Positions 1 to 10,565 of a stretch of 64,000 bases of DNA are shown in pieces. Every line of letters starts with the position of its first letter. Position 1 is the first letter of the stretch. The notes beneath the pieces are model-generated. The model was not told the origin of the DNA and made no database searches. It saw nothing but the letters and a program-made list of their open reading frames with translations. The stretch is from Prochlorococcus sp. HOT208_60m_813B04 (GTDB taxonomy: Bacteria > Cyanobacteriota > Cyanobacteriia > PCC-6307 > Cyanobiaceae): positions 312 through 64,311 of the forward strand of contig MWOU01000110.1 of NCBI GenBank assembly GCA_002025975.1, written 5' to 3'. The position numbers and the translations under genes are program-made.

Positions 1-646
1 AGACAAATACAAGAGCTAGTGAAGTAATAAAGGATGGCTTATTGATAATTTCTAAACCTATGGTCGTTAAGTTTGTTGAACCACTTAATCCATAAAGAAA
101 AGAGGATCCATACAAATAGACCGCAGCAGCAGCTGATCCAACAAGGAGGTATTTTAAGGCCGCTTCTGAACTTCTTGGATCTCTCTTGAGGTAACCAGAA
201 AGTAAGTAACTTGCTACGGATAAAGTTTCCAGAGATATAAATACACTAATAAGGTCAGTAGATCCACACAAAAGCATTGCTCCAAGGGTGGCCGAAAGAA
301 CTATCGCAGCAAACTCGCCAATTGGGCTACCACTTTGTTCTGTATAACGCCAACTTATAAGTAAAGATATTAAGGTTGATAAAGAAATTATTGCTCTAAA
401 TGCGATTGCCAAATTATCTGAATTAAAGGACCCAAGGAATGCGCTTTCTACAGGATTACTCCATTGCAATGCCAAACTAACGAGAGAGCTGCCAATTGAT
501 AAATAGGTAATTATTGGTGCCCATTTTGATGCAGTTTTTTCTCCAGCTAAATCTACAAGAAGTGTTCCAACAATACCTAATAAAATAAAAGCCTCTGGAA
601 TAATGGCTTGAGCATTTAAATTAATTGTAAAGATTTCGTTGGGCAC
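1..646 (-). CDS. ndhB: NAD(P)H-quinone oxidoreductase subunit 2, 5' portion (runs off window start)
   Basis: Manual translation from GTG at 646: [37 protein letters not shown]...[28 protein letters not shown]; absent from the ORF track. Confidence 0.9.
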   Translation of the reverse strand, partial: MPNEIFTINLNAQAIIPEAFILLGIVGTLLVDLAGEKTASKWAPIITYLSIGSSLVSLALQWSNPVESAFLGSFNSDNLAIAFRAIISLSTLISLLISWRYTEQSGSPIGEFAAIVLSATLGAMLLCGSTDLISVFISLETLSVASYLLSGYLKRDPRSSEAALKYLLVGSAAAAVYLYGSSFLYGLSGSTNLTTIGLEIINKPSFITSLALVFV

Positions 647-821
647 TTTATTAAATTGGATTAAATTAGATGTTTGATTGTAAGGGTCTAAGAGTTAATC
701 TTAACTTGATTATAATTTGTGGGTATGATTTTTGAAATTTTCAGAAGAAAATACTTGAAAAAGCTTCAAATAATCATAATATGCCCTAACAGAACAAAAA
801 CACCAATTTTTGAAATAAACC

Positions 822-3428
822 TTGGATCACACACTTGTTATTGTTGAAAGTCCCACCAAAGCAAAAACTATAAGAAAGTTTTTGCCTTCTAATTATGAAG
901 TTCTCGCTTCAATGGGACATGTAAGAGACCTTCCAAAAGGAGCTGCTGAAATACCTGCTGCGGTTAAAAAGGAAAAATGGTCAAGGATAGGAGTTAATAC
1001 AACAGAAGATTTTGAACCACTTTATATAGTTCCAAAAGATAAGAAAAAGGTTGTTAAAGAGTTAAAAGATGCATTGAAAGGTGCGAACCAGCTATTACTG
1101 GCAACTGATGAAGATAGAGAGGGAGAGAGTATTAGCTGGCATCTCTTGCAAATACTTAAGCCTAAAATACCAACTAAGAGAATGGTTTTTCATGAAATCA
1201 CAAAAAAGGCAATTAATAAAGCTTTAGACCAAACAAGAGAAATTGATATGGAACTTGTTCAGGCTCAAGAAACAAGAAGAATCTTGGACAGGCTTTTTGG
1301 ATATGAATTATCTCCTTTACTTTGGAAGAAGGTAGCCCCCCGACTATCAGCTGGTCGTGTCCAATCAGTTTCTGTAAGACTTCTTGTTAGGCGAGAGAGA
1401 GAAAGAAGATCCTTTAAAAAAGCTAGTTACTGGGGGATTAAAGCTTCCCTAGTTAAAGATAATATTACTTTCGAAACTAAATTATTCAGTTTAAACGGTC
1501 AAAGAATTTCTAACGGTTCCGATTTCGACGAACAAACCGGTAAATTAAAAGAAGGAAATAAATCTTTAATAATTGGAGAAGAACAAGTAAATGATTTATT
1601 GAAGACTTTTTCCTCAGAGGATTGGTTAGTCTCAAAAATCGAAAAAAAGCCATCCACTCGTAAGCCAGTTCCTCCATTTACAACTAGCACATTACAACAA
1701 GAGGCAAATAGGAAGCTTCGTTTGTCTGCAAGAGAAACTATGAGATGTGCACAAGGTCTATATGAGAGAGGTTTCATAACATATATGAGAACTGATTCAG
1801 TTCATCTCTCCGAACAAGCCACAAGAGCTGCTAGAGAATGTGTCAGTTCTATGTATGGAAAAGAATATTTATCTAACTCACCAAGACAATTTAATTCAAC
1901 TGCAAGAAATGCTCAAGAAGCACACGAAGCTATTAGGCCGGCAGGAGAGGTATTTAAAACACCAAAGGAAACTAATCTAACTGGTAGAGACTTATCACTT
2001 TACGATTTAATTTGGAAAAGAACTGTAGCTAGTCAAATGGCGGAAGCTAGGTTAACAATGATTAATGCTGAAATAAGCGTAGGGGATGGATTATTTAAAT
2101 CGAGCGGGAAAAGTATTGATTTCGCAGGATTCTTCAGAGCCTATGTCGAGGGAAGTGATGACCCAAGTTCATCCCTTGAACAACAAGAAATTATTCTCCC
2201 AAACTTAACAACTGGAACATGTCTTAAAGTTACTAATAAGGAATCTACTTTTCATGAAACTAAACCTCCTGCAAGATATACAGAGGCTGCATTAGTTAAA
2301 GTTCTTGAAAAAGAAGGGATTGGGAGACCTTCTACCTATGCCAGCATTATTGGGACCATAGTTGATAGAGGTTATGCGAATATATCTTCCAATACTTTGG
2401 CTCCAACGTTTACAGCTTTTGCTGTTACTGCTCTATTAGAAGAACATTTTCCTGATCTGGTTGATACTACTTTTACTGCAAAAATGGAATCTTCATTGGA
2501 TGAAATATCTTCTGGTAATCTTGAGTGGCTACCATACCTAGAAACTTTCTATAAAGGTAAAAATGGTTTGGAGGTAAAAGTTCAGAAAACAGAGGGTGAT
2601 ATTGATGGTAAAGCTTATAGACAAGTTGATTTCGAAGACCTTCCTTGCGTAGTCAGAATAGGCTCTAACGGACCTTGGCTAGAGGGTACAAAAATTGATG
2701 AATCTGGTAATGAAATTCAGGCTAAAGGTAATCTTCCAATGGATATTACTCCTGGAGATTTAGATATAAAGCAAGTTGATCAAATTTTAAGTGGCCCATC
2801 AGATCTTGGAACTGACCCGAAAACTGGGGAAAAAGTCTTTTTAAGATTTGGCCCTTATGGACCTTACGTACAATTGGGAAATAATGATCAAGATAAAGCT
2901 AAACCAAGAAGAGCTTCATTACCCAAAGAGTTGAAAACTGATGATCTAACTCTAGATGAGGCGCTTGTACTTTTAAGTTTACCTAGATTGTTAGGAGTTC
3001 ATCCTGAAGGAGGAATTGTTGAAGCTGATAGAGGAAGATTTGGCCCTTACATCAAATGGATTAAAAATGAATCTGAATCTGAAAATAGATCCTTAAAGAA
3101 AGAGGATGATGTTTTTACTGTTGATATAAAACGAGCACTAGAAATTCTTGCGATGCCAAAAATGGGTAGAGGTGGACAAGAGGTAATTAAAGACTTTGGA
3201 AAACCGAAAGATTTTAAAGAAAAAATTCAAATATTAAATGGAAGATATGGTGTCTATTTAAAATGTGGCAAAACTAATGTTTCGATTGCCAAAGATACTG
3301 AGATAGAAAAATTTACCATAGCTGAAGCAGTATCTCTTTTAGAAGAAAAACTAAAAGATAAAAAAGGCGCAATTTTAAAAAAAACAAAGATTAGTAATAA
3401 AAAAACTACAAGGAAAAAGAAAAGTTAG
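822..3428 (+). CDS. topA: DNA topoisomerase I
   Basis: LVIVESPTKAKTI, ATDEDREGESI, SAGRVQS, catalytic ITYMRTDS, C-terminal GRFGPY repeats. Confidence 0.97.
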   Translation: MDHTLVIVESPTKAKTIRKFLPSNYEVLASMGHVRDLPKGAAEIPAAVKKEKWSRIGVNTTEDFEPLYIVPKDKKKVVKELKDALKGANQLLLATDEDREGESISWHLLQILKPKIPTKRMVFHEITKKAINKALDQTREIDMELVQAQETRRILDRLFGYELSPLLWKKVAPRLSAGRVQSVSVRLLVRRERERRSFKKASYWGIKASLVKDNITFETKLFSLNGQRISNGSDFDEQTGKLKEGNKSLIIGEEQVNDLLKTFSSEDWLVSKIEKKPSTRKPVPPFTTSTLQQEANRKLRLSARETMRCAQGLYERGFITYMRTDSVHLSEQATRAARECVSSMYGKEYLSNSPRQFNSTARNAQEAHEAIRPAGEVFKTPKETNLTGRDLSLYDLIWKRTVASQMAEARLTMINAEISVGDGLFKSSGKSIDFAGFFRAYVEGSDDPSSSLEQQEIILPNLTTGTCLKVTNKESTFHETKPPARYTEAALVKVLEKEGIGRPSTYASIIGTIVDRGYANISSNTLAPTFTAFAVTALLEEHFPDLVDTTFTAKMESSLDEISSGNLEWLPYLETFYKGKNGLEVKVQKTEGDIDGKAYRQVDFEDLPCVVRIGSNGPWLEGTKIDESGNEIQAKGNLPMDITPGDLDIKQVDQILSGPSDLGTDPKTGEKVFLRFGPYGPYVQLGNNDQDKAKPRRASLPKELKTDDLTLDEALVLLSLPRLLGVHPEGGIVEADRGRFGPYIKWIKNESESENRSLKKEDDVFTVDIKRALEILAMPKMGRGGQEVIKDFGKPKDFKEKIQILNGRYGVYLKCGKTNVSIAKDTEIEKFTIAEAVSLLEEKLKDKKGAILKKTKISNKKTTRKKKS

Positions 3429-3435
3429 AAAAAAT

Positions 3436-4038
3436 ATGATTTTAAAAAAAAAAGAATTTTTTTTATTAATGTTTTTAATTTTCTTGCAATCATGCTCTGG
3501 AGGGAGGATTGGAAATTTTCTTGAAAGTAGTTTTAATGATTTAGAAAAAACAAGCAAAAATGAAGATTTACAAAATAACTTATTAAATAAAAAAGATATA
3601 AATTTAGAAAAAGAAAACAAAAGATTTGATGATAAAAAAAATGAAAAAATTAAAAAAGTAGTAAAGCCAAAAAATGTTCCAGAAAATAAAAAAGATATAA
3701 ATTTAGAAAAAGAAAACAAAAGATTTGATGATAAAAAAAATGAAAAAATTAAAAAAGTAGTGGAGCCAAAAAATGTTCCAGAAAATAAAAAAGATATAAA
3801 TTTAGAAAAAGAAAACAAAAAATTTGATGATAAAAAAAATAAAAAAATTAAGAATCTTTCAAAAAAAAGAAAAATTGAGCTTCAATCTTACAAAATAATT
3901 TTCATTTTAAAAAATGTAGATCCAAAAGATCCCACTGAAGAGTTGAGTTCCATATTGAGTAATTCTGAGGTAAATTTTGAAATAGAAAAGATTGAACGTA
4001 TCTTAGATTCAAAAAATAAAAGTATGAATAAAAATTAA
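3436..4038 (+). CDS. Lys-rich putative lipoprotein with internal 33-aa repeats
   Basis: Hydrophobic N-terminus ending in lipobox-like LQSC; tandem repeat. Confidence 0.7.
   Translation: MILKKKEFFLLMFLIFLQSCSGGRIGNFLESSFNDLEKTSKNEDLQNNLLNKKDINLEKENKRFDDKKNEKIKKVVKPKNVPENKKDINLEKENKRFDDKKNEKIKKVVEPKNVPENKKDINLEKENKKFDDKKNKKIKNLSKKRKIELQSYKIIFILKNVDPKDPTEELSSILSNSEVNFEIEKIERILDSKNKSMNKN
3586..3851 (+). repeat. In-frame 99-bp tandem repeat, about 2.7 copies
   Basis: Units start at 3586, 3685 and 3784 and encode NKKDINLEKENKRFDDKKNEKIKKVVKPKNVPE. Confidence 0.92.
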
Positions 4039-4058
4039 TTAAAAATATTCAACAAAAA

Positions 4059-4697
4059 ATGAAAATAACAACAAAAACTGAAGCATTAAATATTGTCGAG
4101 ACCTCTTATTTAGCATCTCTTTCGTCTTTATTATGGGTTGCATTATATTATCTGCCAATTGGGGGAGCTTTATTAAGGTTGATTTTACCCCTCCCAATGA
4201 TCTTGTTGCACTTGAGAAGGGGAAGTAAAATTGCATTGGAAGGACTTTTAATACAATTTCTACTTTTATTCATAATTATGGGTCCTGTCAGAGGAACTTT
4301 AATTTTATTTCCTTATGGGATTTTGGCTTTTTGGCTAGGTTGGTGTTGGTTTAAAGAAAAGAGTTGGAAACTTAGTTTAACTGGGGGTGTTGTTATTGGA
4401 ACCCTTGGCTTTTTAGTAAGAGTAATAGCATTATCTACTTTGGTTGGAGATAATCTTTGGGTGTTAATTACTAGAGCGAGTTATGGTCTAATAGAAAAGT
4501 TAATTGGATTATTTAATTTACCTTTATATCCCTCAATTTTGAGTATACAACTAGGTGCAATTTTATTAATAATTTTTCAAGAAATAGTTTATGTTTTAAC
4601 TGTACATGTAGTTGCCTATTCTCTGTTTCCTAGATTTAAATTAACCATCCCAGATCCTCCAAGATTGTTAAACAGCTTAGTTGATTTTAATAATTAA
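4059..4697 (+). CDS. DUF2232-like membrane protein
   Basis: Multi-TM protein; VETSYLAS...RLILPLP pattern of the cyanobacterial family. Confidence 0.7.
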   Translation: MKITTKTEALNIVETSYLASLSSLLWVALYYLPIGGALLRLILPLPMILLHLRRGSKIALEGLLIQFLLLFIIMGPVRGTLILFPYGILAFWLGWCWFKEKSWKLSLTGGVVIGTLGFLVRVIALSTLVGDNLWVLITRASYGLIEKLIGLFNLPLYPSILSIQLGAILLIIFQEIVYVLTVHVVAYSLFPRFKLTIPDPPRLLNSLVDFNN

Positions 4698-4708
4698 AAA
4701 AAGTAAGA

Positions 4709-5866
4709 ATGTACAGTAAAGAATTAGGGATAAATTTTTTTGGAAATGAATCCAATAAAAAAAGACAACTCAATAAGATAGAAATACTGAAAAAGAATAT
4801 TAAAAATTTAAAAATATTTCTTATAATTGCTGGCACTAACACATCACAAATTCCAGGAATTTCCGCAGCAGGTATTAATCCAAAATCTAGGCGAACAACT
4901 GCTCTCGCAGATGCTGAATTTTTACTTGAGGGTGCTTCAAAAGATTATAAATATAAATTGCCTCTTCTCAATGCTGGAGTAACTCCGGCCTTAATCAGCC
5001 ATGTTTGTTCAAAGCTGATAAATACTTATCCAGTTATTGTTCCTCTGGGAATAGGAGCAAAGCCTTATTTTAATCATTTGGTTGTAGAAGATAGAAATTT
5101 GGGCCCATCAAATTGTCTTACTACTGGTAAATCGATGACTAAAGAGAGAGTTTTAAATCTCTATGAGAAAGGTCTTGCGATAGGAAAATCCTTAAAACAA
5201 TCAGTTTTAATTTCTGAATCTGTACCGGGGGGCACCACAACTGCTCAGGCAGTAATGGAAGCTTTTGGTTTGCAGGTATCTAATTTAGTAGGGAGTAGTT
5301 TATTTAAAGCTCCAAGAGAACTAAGAAGACAGGTAATTAAAAGGGGACTTTTAAATGCGAATTTCAAGGCTGATTCTGACTCTTTTGATGTTGTCGCGGC
5401 AGTAGGTGATCCTTTCCAAGCTTTTTCAATGGGTCTATTAATTGGAGCCAGGTTAGCAAAACAACCTGTAATATTGTCTGGAGGAAGTCAGATGTTAGCA
5501 GTCATTTTGCTTGTATTAGAATTTTTAGGTGAAAAAAATAAAGATGAATTTATTGAAGATGTTTTTATTGCGACAACTGGGTGGCTTGTGAAAGATAATT
5601 CTCTCAATGATTTAGTAAATCTAATTAATGAAAAATATGATGTCAAATTATTAGGTTTAGCCAGTCCTTTAAATTTTAAATCTTCAAAATACAAAGAATT
5701 GAAGGATTATGAATTAGGTCATGTAAAAGAAGGTGTAGGTGCTGGTGGAATATCATTGCTTGCTTTCTTAGATGGATTTAAAAATGAAGAAATAGTTTCA
5801 TTGTGTCAACAAAATCTGGAAATGATGAAGGGCCTAGGTCAAATTTCTTTAAAGAAGGATTGCTGA
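4709..5866 (+). CDS. cobT: NaMN:base phosphoribosyltransferase, CobT-like (TIGR00303 type)
   Basis: GTNTSQIPGISAAG, ESVPGGTTTA, LSGGSQM, VKEGVGAGG. Confidence 0.85.
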   Translation: MYSKELGINFFGNESNKKRQLNKIEILKKNIKNLKIFLIIAGTNTSQIPGISAAGINPKSRRTTALADAEFLLEGASKDYKYKLPLLNAGVTPALISHVCSKLINTYPVIVPLGIGAKPYFNHLVVEDRNLGPSNCLTTGKSMTKERVLNLYEKGLAIGKSLKQSVLISESVPGGTTTAQAVMEAFGLQVSNLVGSSLFKAPRELRRQVIKRGLLNANFKADSDSFDVVAAVGDPFQAFSMGLLIGARLAKQPVILSGGSQMLAVILLVLEFLGEKNKDEFIEDVFIATTGWLVKDNSLNDLVNLINEKYDVKLLGLASPLNFKSSKYKELKDYELGHVKEGVGAGGISLLAFLDGFKNEEIVSLCQQNLEMMKGLGQISLKKDC

Positions 5867-6865
5867 ATGTTTTCAAAATTTGCAACCAGAAGAGAATTTT
5901 TAAATTGTGGTAAGCTTTCGCTTTTATTTTTCTTAAACTCTTGCAGTAATCTACCTAATAAAGTAAAAATTGCATTACAAAATTCTTTTTATCCAGAATC
6001 TTTTAAAGATACGATTCCAAAAGATTGGAAGAAGGAAAAAATTAATTTTGAAAATATTCAGCTACAAAAAAATAGAAACACAATTTTGAATTCTGACTTT
6101 ACTTTAATAAATGATGGATGGATTTCTAGTATAGATTTTTCAGAATTTGAAAAAATAAATGAATATGTACTGTTCGAAAATTTGGATAAGAGATCGATAG
6201 ATTTTTTGGGAAGCTTTAATCAAAATCAGAGGAGTAAATTATTTCCTATTGGCGTAGTACCTTATACAATCATCATTAAAAATAATAAAGAATTAATAAC
6301 TTCAGCAAGAACATCTTGGGATTTTCTTCTTTCTGAAAAATTAACTGGGAAAATTATTTTTCCTCAAAGTCCCAGAATAATATTGTCAATTGCTCAAAAA
6401 ATTAATTCATCTAATTCTTTAAAAAAACTCAAAAGCCAAGCTATGTTATTTGATGATAAAAATATGCTCAATTGGTTGATTAATTCTGATGCTATTGTCG
6501 CAATAGTTCCTTATAGTCTTTGTTCAAAATATTTAAAAATAGATCCAAGGCTTTCTTTAGTTTTCCCTAGCCAAGGCGTACCTTTGATGTGGCATTTTCT
6601 ACTTAGTCGATCAAATCTAAATAATGCAATATTAATGAAATGGATTAAATCTTTAGAAAATAAATCAATAGTAGATAAATTAGTAAGCCAGGGTTGGTAT
6701 CTTCCATTCAATAGTGATTATTTGCAAAGTAAATATAAAACTGAAATGCTCCCCATCTCAGGACCTTCTGAGAAATGTTGGGAAAATAGTTGGTCTTTCC
6801 CTGTCTTAACAAATGAACAAAAAATTAATCTTAAAAATATCTGGAATGAGTCATTATCCCCATAA
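5867..6865 (+). CDS. Putative ABC transporter substrate-binding protein (PotD-like)
   Basis: Tat-like TRREFL plus lipobox FLNSC; SWDFLL...LTGKI; P-x-QGVPLMW. Confidence 0.6.
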   Translation: MFSKFATRREFLNCGKLSLLFFLNSCSNLPNKVKIALQNSFYPESFKDTIPKDWKKEKINFENIQLQKNRNTILNSDFTLINDGWISSIDFSEFEKINEYVLFENLDKRSIDFLGSFNQNQRSKLFPIGVVPYTIIIKNNKELITSARTSWDFLLSEKLTGKIIFPQSPRIILSIAQKINSSNSLKKLKSQAMLFDDKNMLNWLINSDAIVAIVPYSLCSKYLKIDPRLSLVFPSQGVPLMWHFLLSRSNLNNAILMKWIKSLENKSIVDKLVSQGWYLPFNSDYLQSKYKTEMLPISGPSEKCWENSWSFPVLTNEQKINLKNIWNESLSP

Positions 6866-7208
6866 TCTTTTTGTAGGATTTTCAATTAATAAGTTATGAG
6901 TTTCCTTTAATAAATTTGGTATATCTAATTTACTAGGACATTTAGGAACACATTTATTACATTCTTGACAAAATGAGGAATTTTTTTCTTCCCACCAGTG
7001 GCCAGCTTTTCCTATTAAATTGTATCTTTCTTTTGCAAATTCTAATTGGCCATAACCAACAGATATATTTCTTAAACGAAGTATTTCTGGAATAGGCACT
7101 TCATTTGGACATGGAAGACAAGATCTACATTGTTCACATTTTGTTAAGTTTAATCTTTCATTAGAAACTTCCTCAATTTTATTAAGGGCGCTTTTTTCAA
7201 GTTTTGTA
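6854..7208 (-). pseudogene. 3' fragment of aldo/keto reductase with Fe-S C-terminal domain, truncated at junction
   Basis: [11 protein letters not shown]...CQECNKCVPKCP; the ORF-track N-terminus MPDTIPII is just antisense ndhB. Confidence 0.8.
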
Positions 7209-7787
7209 ATGATTGGAATAGTATCTGGCACACAAGATGGTTTATCATCTGCTGTTTTATATTTGGCTGCATATTTATTTATGAATTTGGGTGCATTTTC
7301 TTGTGTAATACTTTTCTCACTAAGAACTGGTTCCGACAGAATTCTTGATTACTCAGGACTTTACCAAAAAGATCCTCTCATTACATTAGGCTTAAGCCTT
7401 TGTCTTCTATCTCTTGGAGGGTTACCTCCAATGTTGGGATTTTTTGGAAAGATATACTTGTTCTTTGCAGGTTGGGCGAATCATCAATATCTACTAGTAA
7501 TTGTTGGATTAGTAACTTCAGTTATATCTATTTATTACTACATTTCAGTGATAAAAATGATGGTAGTTAAAGAACCACAGGAAGCTTCTGAAATAGTCAA
7601 ATCATATCCAGAAATTAATTGGGGAATTGTAGGATTACCTCCCTTGAGAATTGCACTTTATACTTGCGTGGCGGTAACTGCTCTTGGAGGAATCCTATCT
7701 AATCCTCTTTTTAAATTAGCCAATACAGCAGTTTCAGAAACTCCTTTCTTACAAGATATTATTGCTACAGCAAACAGTATTTCCTAG
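7203..7787 (+). pseudogene. ndhB: 3' portion of ndhB, detached and opposite in orientation to its 5' portion
   Basis: FVMIGIVSG...YLFMNLGAF...[20 protein letters not shown]...SIYYY, typical NdhB/NuoN C-half. Confidence 0.9.
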
Positions 7788-7803
7788 AAGAATTCTTCAA
7801 TAA

Positions 7804-8490
7804 ATGTCTAAGAAAGTTGCAAGTTTAGAAAATATTTCTAAAACATATGGGAAAGAGGATTTAACTGTCAAAGCCTTAGACAGCATAAATTTAGAAATTT
7901 ATAAAGGTGATTATTTAGCTGTAATGGGAGCAAGTGGCTCAGGTAAAAGTACAGCTATGAATATTATTGGATGTTTAGATAGACCATCTGAAGGTATTTA
8001 TAAATTAAATGGTATTCCTGTTGAGAATTTATCTGATGATGAGCTCGCGGAAATACGTAACCAAAAATTAGGCTTCGTTTTTCAACAATTTCATCTTCTT
8101 TCAGACGCAACTGCACTTGAAAACGTAACTTTGCCCATGATTTATGCTGGTATTGAGCCTGAGCAAAGATTAGAGCGAGGTAGGAATGCCTTAAAGAAAG
8201 TTGGTCTTTCAGAAAGGATGAATAATCGCCCAAACCAATTATCAGGGGGTCAACAACAACGAGTTGCTATTGCGAGGGCTATTATCAATAACCCTGCAAT
8301 TTTGTTAGCCGACGAACCTACTGGAGCACTAGATTCAAAAACCACTGAAGATGTATTAGATCTTTTTGACAAACTGCATGAATCTGGAATAACTATAGTT
8401 TTAGTTACGCATGAAGATGAAGTTGCAAATCGGGCAAAAAAAATAGCTAAATTTAAGGATGGAAGAATAGTTGAATTAAAAGTTAATTAA
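7804..8490 (+). CDS. ABC transporter ATP-binding protein (LolD/MacB-like)
   Basis: GASGSGKST, LSGGQQQRVAIARA, LADEPTGALD. Confidence 0.93.
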   Translation: MSKKVASLENISKTYGKEDLTVKALDSINLEIYKGDYLAVMGASGSGKSTAMNIIGCLDRPSEGIYKLNGIPVENLSDDELAEIRNQKLGFVFQQFHLLSDATALENVTLPMIYAGIEPEQRLERGRNALKKVGLSERMNNRPNQLSGGQQQRVAIARAIINNPAILLADEPTGALDSKTTEDVLDLFDKLHESGITIVLVTHEDEVANRAKKIAKFKDGRIVELKVN

Positions 8491-8503
8491 AAGTTAATTA
8501 AAT

Positions 8504-9253
8504 TCAAAACCTTCTAATTACCTTCACTTGAGTTTCATTTTCAATTCTTAAATTCCCATTCGAATCAATATCTTTAATTTTCCATGTTTTAGGACAATAA
8601 CCACTAGGTAAAAAACTTTTAGTAAGAAACTTATTTGCAGATTTAATTACATATTCTTTCTTCTTATTACATTCAATTGAATCATTAAAAGCTTTAAGAA
8701 CTTTGGCTGTCCAATAATGTTGATTAATATTCTTAGTTTGAAGTACTTTTGATAATGAAATACCTTCTGATGGAGTGTAATTTAAAACATTCATGCCAAG
8801 TCCTACTCTTACGTAGATAATTTCTTTTCCTCTTGTAATAACCCTTGGCAAAAATCCAATCAACTTTTTTGAACCAAGATAAATATCATTTGGCCATTTC
8901 AAACAAACATTTATATTCTCTTGTCTAAGCATTTCACATAACTTAATACCTAAAGACAAATTAAATATTTGACATTCAAATTCTTTTGAAAATATTGGGT
9001 AAGCTGCACTTAACCAAATCCCGCCCTTTGGTGAAATCCAAGTTTTTGAGTTTTGGCCAACTCCTGAGAACTGTTCTCTTGCGATTATAGCTAAAGGCTG
9101 ATTTTTCTTTATTTCAGAATATTCAAAAAAGTTTGTTAGCTCATTTTCGGTACTTTTACATTTTATTTTGTAATGAAGTGTCCAGGTTGGATATTGACCC
9201 TGAATTTTTTTTAAATAAAAAACTGTCTTAGCTGCAGGTCCAATAACTTTCAC
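8504..9253 (-). CDS. birA: Biotin-[acetyl-CoA-carboxylase] ligase
   Basis: STENE, Q-x-SGVGQ...WISPKGGIWLS, LKWPND, KKLIG. Confidence 0.88.
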   Translation of the reverse strand: MKVIGPAAKTVFYLKKIQGQYPTWTLHYKIKCKSTENELTNFFEYSEIKKNQPLAIIAREQFSGVGQNSKTWISPKGGIWLSAAYPIFSKEFECQIFNLSLGIKLCEMLRQENINVCLKWPNDIYLGSKKLIGFLPRVITRGKEIIYVRVGLGMNVLNYTPSEGISLSKVLQTKNINQHYWTAKVLKAFNDSIECNKKKEYVIKSANKFLTKSFLPSGYCPKTWKIKDIDSNGNLRIENETQVKVIRRF

Positions 9254-9328
9254 AAATTTTTTATTAAAACAACGAGCATCTTTTTAAAGATTAGATTAAC
9301 TTTAGTCTTAATAAGTAAATTTTACAAA

Positions 9329-9814
9329 TTGGACAAAAAGTATTTGCCAATAGTGAATAGAAGGAATCCACATCTATTAAAAAATTGTCTTGATAATTTC
9401 AAAAAATCATGCGGAGACTTAGATAAACTCTCTAAAATCAACGAAAACTGGAAGAACTTAATCGGATTAGAACTATTTCAAGAATGTAAACCATTAAATA
9501 TTGAAAAAAAAATACTTACTATTGCAGTAAATCATCCACAGTGGCGCCAAGCTTTAATCTATAACAAGCATAAATTAAAAGAGAGAATAGAGAAAATTGG
9601 AATAACTTTGAATGAAATAAAAATAATACAAAATTATGAAATTAAAAATAAAAATATCAAAGCTACTAATGCAAAGATAGTTTGGGCAAAGCATCCAAGC
9701 AGAATCAGTCAAAATAATATGTGCATTTGTACTCTTTGTAATTCCCCTACTCCTGAGGGCGAAATCAAAAGATGGGGAAAGTGTTCTTTTTGTTGGAGAA
9801 AAATAAAAAACTAA
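9329..9814 (+). CDS. DUF721/DciA-like protein with Zn ribbon
   Basis: WKNLIG...LTIAVNHPQWRQAL; CTLC...CSFC. Confidence 0.7.
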   Translation: MDKKYLPIVNRRNPHLLKNCLDNFKKSCGDLDKLSKINENWKNLIGLELFQECKPLNIEKKILTIAVNHPQWRQALIYNKHKLKERIEKIGITLNEIKIIQNYEIKNKNIKATNAKIVWAKHPSRISQNNMCICTLCNSPTPEGEIKRWGKCSFCWRKIKN

Positions 9815-9819
9815 ATTCT

Positions 9820-10521
9820 TTATTTAACTAAAATTAGTATTCCCATTTGTCCCCCCAAAATAGTCCTATATTCAGCTTTTTTAAATCCAACTTCCTTAGC
9901 AATATTTATAAGCTCATTTTTCTTTGGAAAATTACTAATACTTTTTTCAATATATTCGTACTCTGGACCTAAATTAAAAAGCCGCGAAATGGTTACTACA
10001 ATTAATCTCAAATAAATTTTCTGAAAAATATTGGATAAAGAATTTCTTGTTGAGTGATTAAAATCCAAAAATCCTGCCCTTCCCTTATCCTTCAAAAGAT
10101 CAAAAACTTTTTTTATTCCTTCTTCAACATTATTTAAGTTTCTAAGTCCATATGACATGCAAATCCCATCAAAATTTTTTGAATAATCATTAATTTCTAA
10201 TACATCTTTAATTTCCCACTTAATAAATTTATTTTTTTTAAGCTCTGATTTTTTTTTTGCAATATTTAAGATATCCACTGCACTGTCAATCCCAGTAATT
10301 GAACCCCTTGGACTAACTCTTTCAGAAATTAAGAATGCTAAATCTCCAGTTCCACAGCATAAATCAGCCCAAACTTCGCCATTTAAAGGTTCTAATAAAT
10401 TAACTAATTTCCTTTTCCATAATCTGTGCAGCCCAAAACTTAATAGATTATTTAAAAAATCATATTTATAAGAAATTTTATTAAATATATTTTTGACTTC
10501 GATAGTTTTTGTGAAATTCAT
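9820..10521 (-). CDS. menG: UbiE/MenG family methyltransferase
   Basis: YDFLNNLLSFGLHRLWK, DLCCGTGD, YGLRN. Confidence 0.85.
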   Translation of the reverse strand: MNFTKTIEVKNIFNKISYKYDFLNNLLSFGLHRLWKRKLVNLLEPLNGEVWADLCCGTGDLAFLISERVSPRGSITGIDSAVDILNIAKKKSELKKNKFIKWEIKDVLEINDYSKNFDGICMSYGLRNLNNVEEGIKKVFDLLKDKGRAGFLDFNHSTRNSLSNIFQKIYLRLIVVTISRLFNLGPEYEYIEKSISNFPKKNELINIAKEVGFKKAEYRTILGGQMGILILVK

Positions 10522-10565
10522 TTTTAAATTTTTAAACTTATTTTTTTTGGTATTAAATTAAATTT

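Noticed and set aside
3375-3818. 147-aa Phe-rich repetitive ORF on the minus strand
   Set aside because: Antisense shadow of the A-rich tandem repeat in 3436-4038.
3586-3851. Possible CRISPR array
   Set aside because: Units are contiguous in-frame coding repeats with no unique spacers, and no cas genes are present.
6854-7231. Stand-alone 125-aa ferredoxin-like gene
   Set aside because: Its start codon comes from antisense ndhB across the junction; it is a truncated reductase.
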